Below are positions 52,901 through 58,024 of a stretch of DNA of 58,024 bases, piece after piece. Source of the stretch: Mesotaenium endlicherianum (lineage: Eukaryota); assembly GCA_009602735.1 (NCBI GenBank), contig WELA01003208.1, forward strand, positions 327,230-385,253, read 5' to 3'. The notes under the pieces are model-generated. The model saw only the letters and a program-made list of their open reading frames with translations. It did no database searches and had not been told where the DNA came from. Both the position numbers and the translations under genes were made by a program. The first letter of the stretch is position 1. The number at the start of each line of letters is the position of its first letter.

Positions 52901-53410
52901 TGTTACAGTAGCAAAGTATTGCAGTGCAGAACTACAAAGTGTTGCAAGAGTCGCATCCACCCTCCCTTTGATTATGCTAATGGAACAGTAATAATGATAT
53001 TAATAAGCAGCTTGAAGCACACTAGCAGGTGGAGAAAAATGAGGCTTTTGAAAGCATTAGCAGAGATTTCTCATATGGCAGGTTAAGCTGAAGACTATAA
53101 GTCTAATTGGAATAGTATAGCATAGGATAAGACCAAGTTAGGTCTAGAAAGTCAGGAAAACTGACCTAGTCCACGCGCGCATACGTGAAGCACTTGTATA
53201 TTATGCCTTTAAATTCATACTTGCATTCTTATTTTCATTAAGCTTGATTATGAATGTATAAATTTCAAAAGATTCTAACCAATGTAATAATAGAAGAAAT
53301 CATTCTAGTCACACTTGACTTATTTCGTCCTTCTCAAAGCCTCACACTTGCTCACACAGGATACCTGAGTACGATACGCCACAATGCGCCACGGTGCGCT
53401 ATGCACAACA
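52901..53410 (+). mobile_element. Solo LTR
   Basis: TGTT..AACA termini. Flanks TCGTA/TTGCA are explicable as a TSD TCGCA with one C>T change in each copy. LTR-like composition. Confidence 0.55.
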
Positions 53411-54433
53411 TTGCAGGTCAACTAAGTCAACTCTAAGTTAAGGATTGGACTCGAAGAAATGCACAACGCTTAAGTGCGCTGAAGTCGAGTCCTCACTCCC
53501 CACTGCTCCTCAACCTCGTCCCACCCTGGTCCCACAAATTCCAAAAATCAAGCCTTTGTTGCGCTTAAAATATGACTTTAACCGCTTTGTTGCGGGTGTC
53601 CTTAACAACACTTCTGTCTCAATTTGCATGCAGATAAGCAGTTGTTGCTCGTGGGGGGTTCTATCTAAATTTTTGGACTCAGTAACAGGAAATGAGATGA
53701 AGGCGCGTTTCAGAGAAGCCGTTAGGATGCGATCTTTAGTTTGTCCATTTTGCGCAGTTACTGATGGCGTCTCCAGCGTCACTCTCTAGCCTCCACAACG
53801 GCCCGTTGGTTTCTTGCAAAACACTCGTGCCTTTTCTCCTTCGAAGATGCCACTGCAAGCAAGAGTTTGTATGGCTACTTGGAGACGCCTGGCGTGCCTA
53901 GGGACGTTGCAGGGTACATCAGCACCCATCGCGTCAATGCACGGAAAGCATCACGGGATGACGAGAGATGTGCCAGCTCAAGGCCTACAAACAACAACTA
54001 CAAGCTGGCCTTGTGGTCATCAGCCTGCTAGTTTCAAAGCTCTCGGACTTGGCCCTTTCTGGAGCAATGGCACCACCTCCAGGGCGCGTTCATGCCTCTG
54101 GAGGGAATGCAAGCGCCTGCTCAAGCTAGGACAGGGGCGGAAGCAGAAGCAGAAACTGCACAGCAGGTGACTCCTGCCACTGCAGACCACTCACCGGTCA
54201 AAAGTTCCCATTTGCATAAATTTAAGAACGTCTCGATCAATTTTTTGGTGAACGGGTACCCCTCTGTACATCTTTGGGTCGGCTTTGTGCTCGTGTGATT
54301 GTAAGAAAGTTATGATTGTTTTCTGAACATTGGGTACTCCTCTGCACATCTTCTAGTTGTCTTCGTGCTCGTATCTGGGAGCATCAGTGCTGGTAGGGTC
54401 AGTAGAGGGCCCAATCACGTGGTTGTGTGCTTT

Positions 54434-55154
54434 TGTAATGAATCAGTATATTGGTTGATATAATATTCATTTAAATGATATAGTTAAATAAGTTCAGCCT
54501 GCTGACCTCTAGTTAACAATCAGTCTGCTGGACTTTATACTTAATATCAATTTAATGACTTGGCCGGAAGTAGCAGGCTGAGGTCACCTTAAGTCAGCTT
54601 GCTGACACATTCTTTGACAGCCAGCTGACTTCCGTACTCGGTAGCAGCGAACTGCCTCGATATGCATCTAAGTGTGGTATGCTAGATGAATGGCCAAATG
54701 ACATCCCTATGATGGATGGCGATTCGGGATGATGGGAGATGGCGGTGGATTTGGTTAACCGAGGTCCTACCAACGTGGTTAACTCCCGGGTAGGCGGTGC
54801 CATCGCACTGACCATTGAACAGTAAACTCATTCCATGTACATACGCTAGGCATTGCTCTCGAGTTCGGTATTCGAAAACGAGGCCAACTCTCCTGTACAG
54901 CTTACTGAGAGAGATCTGAATCCAAGGCGAGAAGCCATTGATACGCACTGTCTTCTAACCTTGCTTATGTATGAGTTTACTAATTTGCATTATTGATGCT
55001 AGTTTACTCTCATTTGACTGACAAGTATTATTCACTGCTAGTGAGTTGTCCCTTGCCGTTAAAACAGTTAACGAAAAATACCATAAAGATTACTTGCTGA
55101 TATAAAGATCTTTATTAATTGTTAATCGCCTATTTGGTAAGTCGATTCATTTCA
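54434..55154 (+). repeat. 5' LTR (721 bp)
   Basis: TG..CA ends with an 11-bp terminal inverted repeat (10/11 match), followed after 1 nt by the PBS. Confidence 0.85.
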
Positions 55155-55155
55155 G

Positions 55156-55167
55156 TGGTATCGGAGC
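55156..55167 (+). promoter_or_regulatory. Primer-binding site for tRNA-iMet
   Basis: TGGTATCGGAGC versus canonical TGGTATCAGAGC. Confidence 0.88.
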
Positions 55168-55188
55168 AGTTATCACAGTCTTCTTTGT

Positions 55189-56667
55189 ATGGTAAGGACA
55201 AGGTCTAAAACTAGCAACTCCCAAGACATGGAGAACCAGGATAACGAGAATGTCGAAAACCAGGCGGAAAACCATGTAGCGGGAAACCGTACCTATTCGG
55301 AAGCAGTAGCGGATACTGCAGCTAGGGAGGCTGCAGATGAGGCAGCTGCTATTGCCTCAGTCGCAGCTCAGCAAGCTGAGGAGGAGATAGCCAGACTAGA
55401 AGCTGAACAAGTAGCAAAGGCCGCTGAAGATACAGAAAGGAGGGAAAGACAGCCAGCTGACGAGCTCACTGTCGAGGAACTCATGGCATCAAGGGCCAAT
55501 GTTCTGAACCCACCTCCTGCTGTACAACTCAATGTACCCCTAGGTCAAATACGTGACCGGCTGAATGCGGCAGGAATTGCTGCTGCAGGAACGAAAGGGA
55601 TTGTTGAGGACACTACTCAGCGAGTAGATGCCAATGCTGCTGCTGCATTTGTTAATCTACCACCCCAAAGTGTAGACTTGCGAGCATTGTTCGTTCAGAT
55701 GCAGTCGCAAATGGCGACCATGTATCAGTCCCAGCAGGAGGACAAAAGAATCATAATGTCCCTACTCCGGGACAGAGACCAACTGGGGTCTCACACCACT
55801 AGTGGTGGTGGCCGAGGGCCTAGTAAGCCCAAGCCGAAACCTCCCCAGGACTATGATCCTGAGGGAAACAGAAAATATTACCTGATCAAGTTTCTCGCGG
55901 ATGTTGAGCAGTGGCTGGAGAACTACCCAGAACTGCAAGATTACGAGAAGGTCAGGCACACCGGTGCGCTACTGAAAGGCAGTGCCGCAGACTGGTGGCT
56001 TTACTGGAAGGAAGAGCGTAAGGCTCGGCAACTCGGTGACCCTACGTGGGTAGAGTTTGTCGAGAAGTTGCATGAGAAGTTTGATGTCATCAACCAGCAG
56101 GAGAAAGCTATCTATGCGATGATCTCCCTGACACTGAAGCAGACCACTTCAGTTGCTGAGTTTGCTCAAAAGTTCCAAGAGAACATGATGAAGCAGCCTG
56201 ATTTGCCAGAACGGTATAGGATAGCATACTTCAGGTATGGCTTGAAATCCGAGGTCTCTGGTCATTTTGCTGAGAAAAAGTATGAGAAACTGGCTGACTT
56301 GATCCAGGATGCTGACGCCTGGGATCAGCAGCAGTTCAATCACAAGCGCCAGAGTAACGCTTTGGTGTCTAAGATTGTCAAAAAGCCCCACGGTTCCTAC
56401 AATGCAGTTGAAGGAGACCAGGCTGAGGATAATCAGGGTGATGAATATGAGTATGAGTACAATGCTATTCAGTCTAGAGGTAGAGGTGGTCCCTCTCGAG
56501 GTGGCTATGGAAGGGGTGGTGGTAGGACTAAGCCGAGACCAGCCTCAGCAAAATCTACTTGCTACCATTGTCAGCAGAAAGGCCACTACAGAGAACAGTG
56601 TCCGGTCAAGCACCTGCCTAAGGTCGAGAGAAAAGACCAGCCTTTAAAAGACAGCAACAGTCAGTAA
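55189..56667 (+). CDS. gag: Retrotransposon Gag, 492 aa
   Basis: MVRTRS start, capsid motifs [10 protein letters not shown] and [13 protein letters not shown]-rich stretch, CCHC knuckle [14 protein letters not shown]. Confidence 0.93.
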   Translation: MVRTRSKTSNSQDMENQDNENVENQAENHVAGNRTYSEAVADTAAREAADEAAAIASVAAQQAEEEIARLEAEQVAKAAEDTERRERQPADELTVEELMASRANVLNPPPAVQLNVPLGQIRDRLNAAGIAAAGTKGIVEDTTQRVDANAAAAFVNLPPQSVDLRALFVQMQSQMATMYQSQQEDKRIIMSLLRDRDQLGSHTTSGGGRGPSKPKPKPPQDYDPEGNRKYYLIKFLADVEQWLENYPELQDYEKVRHTGALLKGSAADWWLYWKEERKARQLGDPTWVEFVEKLHEKFDVINQQEKAIYAMISLTLKQTTSVAEFAQKFQENMMKQPDLPERYRIAYFRYGLKSEVSGHFAEKKYEKLADLIQDADAWDQQQFNHKRQSNALVSKIVKKPHGSYNAVEGDQAEDNQGDEYEYEYNAIQSRGRGGPSRGGYGRGGGRTKPRPASAKSTCYHCQQKGHYREQCPVKHLPKVERKDQPLKDSNSQ

Positions 56668-56684
56668 TCCAGTCTACTGACTGT
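56643..56684 (+). promoter_or_regulatory. -1 programmed ribosomal frameshift signal
   Basis: Heptamer T TTA AAA (56643-56649) in the gag frame, a 7-nt spacer, then a perfect 10-bp stem ACAGTCAGTA/TACTGACTGT (56657-56666/56675-56684). Confidence 0.8.
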
Positions 56685-58024
56685 GAGGATGCTAGAGATA
56701 GTGAGTCGTCACTAGCTGCCCTCGTAGCAGGTATTATGGGTCCTGCTGAACTGGATTCACTATGCATGCCTGACAAACAGATAAAGGAGACCATCAGTAA
56801 TATAGACGTCCAGAGAGTGCACACTCTGGATGCTCTTGTTCCACCTGATGTCCAACATTTCTTTGCTACGTCAGGAGAACAATGCGAAAGTCAGGAAAAG
56901 ACAGTCCCCCCTATCCTACTGCATTGCATGATTGCAGGTAGGAAGGTGAGGGCATTTGTTGACGGAGGGGCGTCACATACTTTTATTCACAAGGACTTAG
57001 TTAAGCGGCTAAGGCTGCCTACTGTCACCCAAGGGAATAGAAAAATATTCCTTGGAGATGCCTCAAGTATCCCGGGAGGAGTTATAACCAAGCCTATTGA
57101 GGTCCAGTTAGGTTCTGGCATTGCAGTTCTAACTGAAACGCTTACATTTGAGGTACTCAACACTGGCTTTTATGATCTCGTGCTAGGCAGGTCCTGGCTT
57201 AATAGACATCAAGCTGAAGTGTGTTGGAGCAGAGGTACAGTTAAAGTGAGAGGAGCCAGTGATGGGCAGACTGACTTGGCACCCACCAGTGCTCTTCCTC
57301 TTGTCCTGTGTGGATGGCAAATGAAGGAAAAGAAGAGGCTTCCAGAAGGATGCAAGTTGCTGAATGCAATGGAGTTCGTCAAAAGCTGGAACCAGAAGGA
57401 AGACAGAATGTTCTGTCTGCTGCTAAGAGAGGTACCTCCTCAACCTGAAGAAGTGGTTGAGAAAAAGGTAAGCCCTCCGGAGCACCCTACTGCTGCAAAA
57501 ATTGTTGCTCAGTACACTGATGTGTTTAACATGCCTCCAGGACTACCCCCTAAAAGGGAAGTAGATCATAGGATTGATCTATTACCTGGTAGCCAGCCAC
57601 CCTGGCAACGCACTTATGGCTTGTCTTATTTGGAGAGCGAGGAGTTGAAAACACAGATTGCAGAGCTGGAGGAAAATGGTTACATTTCTCCCAGTAAATC
57701 ACCGTACGGCGCACCTATCCTATTTGTTAAGAAAAAGGATGGCAGTATGCGGATGTGTGTGGATTACAGAGCCCTGAACAGAATTACAGTAAAGAACAAG
57801 TATGCTTTACCCAGAATCGAGGACTTGCTTGATACCCTGTCTGGCGCTAAGGTGTTCAGTAAGATAGATCTCAAGAGTGGTTATCATCAAATCAGAATTG
57901 CTGAGGGGGATGAACACAAGACTGCTTTCCGCACACGTAATGGACACTATGAGTTCAACGTGATGCCATTTGGACTGACTAATGCTCCTGCTACCTTTAT
58001 GGGTGCTATGAATGACATTTTCAG
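56643..58024 (+). CDS. pol: Pol (protease and N-terminal RT), -1 frame relative to gag, truncated by window end
   Basis: Manual translation is open from 56622 to the end: [11 protein letters not shown] (protease), [62 protein letters not shown]. Confidence 0.93.

Larger units (their letters stand above)
54434..58024 (+). mobile_element. Ty3/gypsy LTR retrotransposon, 5' part, apparently intact
   Basis: LTR at 54434-55154 (TGTAATGAATC..GATTCATTTCA), PBS, open gag, and pol open to the window end. Confidence 0.95.

Noticed and set aside
54434..55154. Hammerhead ribozyme (retrozyme-like) in the LTR, prompted by several short inverted repeats
   Set aside because: No CUGANGA..GAAA core with matching stems was seen on either strand by eye.
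56955..56972. Protease DGG instead of D(S/T)G as an inactivating mutation
   Set aside because: The catalytic Asp and Gly are retained, such variants occur in Ty3/gypsy proteases, and the rest of the frame is intact.

Overview
Eukaryotic nuclear DNA from a gapped draft assembly. The spliceosomal GT-AG introns, plant-type genes, microsatellite-filled introns and Ty3/gypsy elements point to a streptophyte, probably a streptophyte alga (inference). From left to right: (1) an intact 5-exon ELIP gene on the minus strand (1541-3549). (2) An 18-exon organellar DNA gyrase A copy on the plus strand (6762-28339). It carries frameshifts, broken splice sites and an in-frame TGA, and it stops just where the C-terminal beta-pinwheel should begin. 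(3) About 0.7 kb downstream on the same strand, a 6-exon LpxC with an open frame but no clear first exon (29061-36068). (4) A decayed minus-strand gene remnant. (5) A degenerate chromodomain-bearing Ty3/gypsy element on the minus strand (43013-51091), with a solo LTR nested in gag and an adjacent inverted partial copy. (6) The 5' part of an apparently intact Ty3/gypsy element on the plus strand (54434 to window end), with a clear -1 frameshift signal. The most notable observations are a possible in-frame gyrA-lpxC splice chimera, repeated decayed copies of exon boundaries inside gyrA introns, CpG-type decay of the gyrA/lpxC block, and the frameshift hairpin/pseudoknot. I found no convincing wholly new system. 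All calls come from manual reading and translation, with no database searches.
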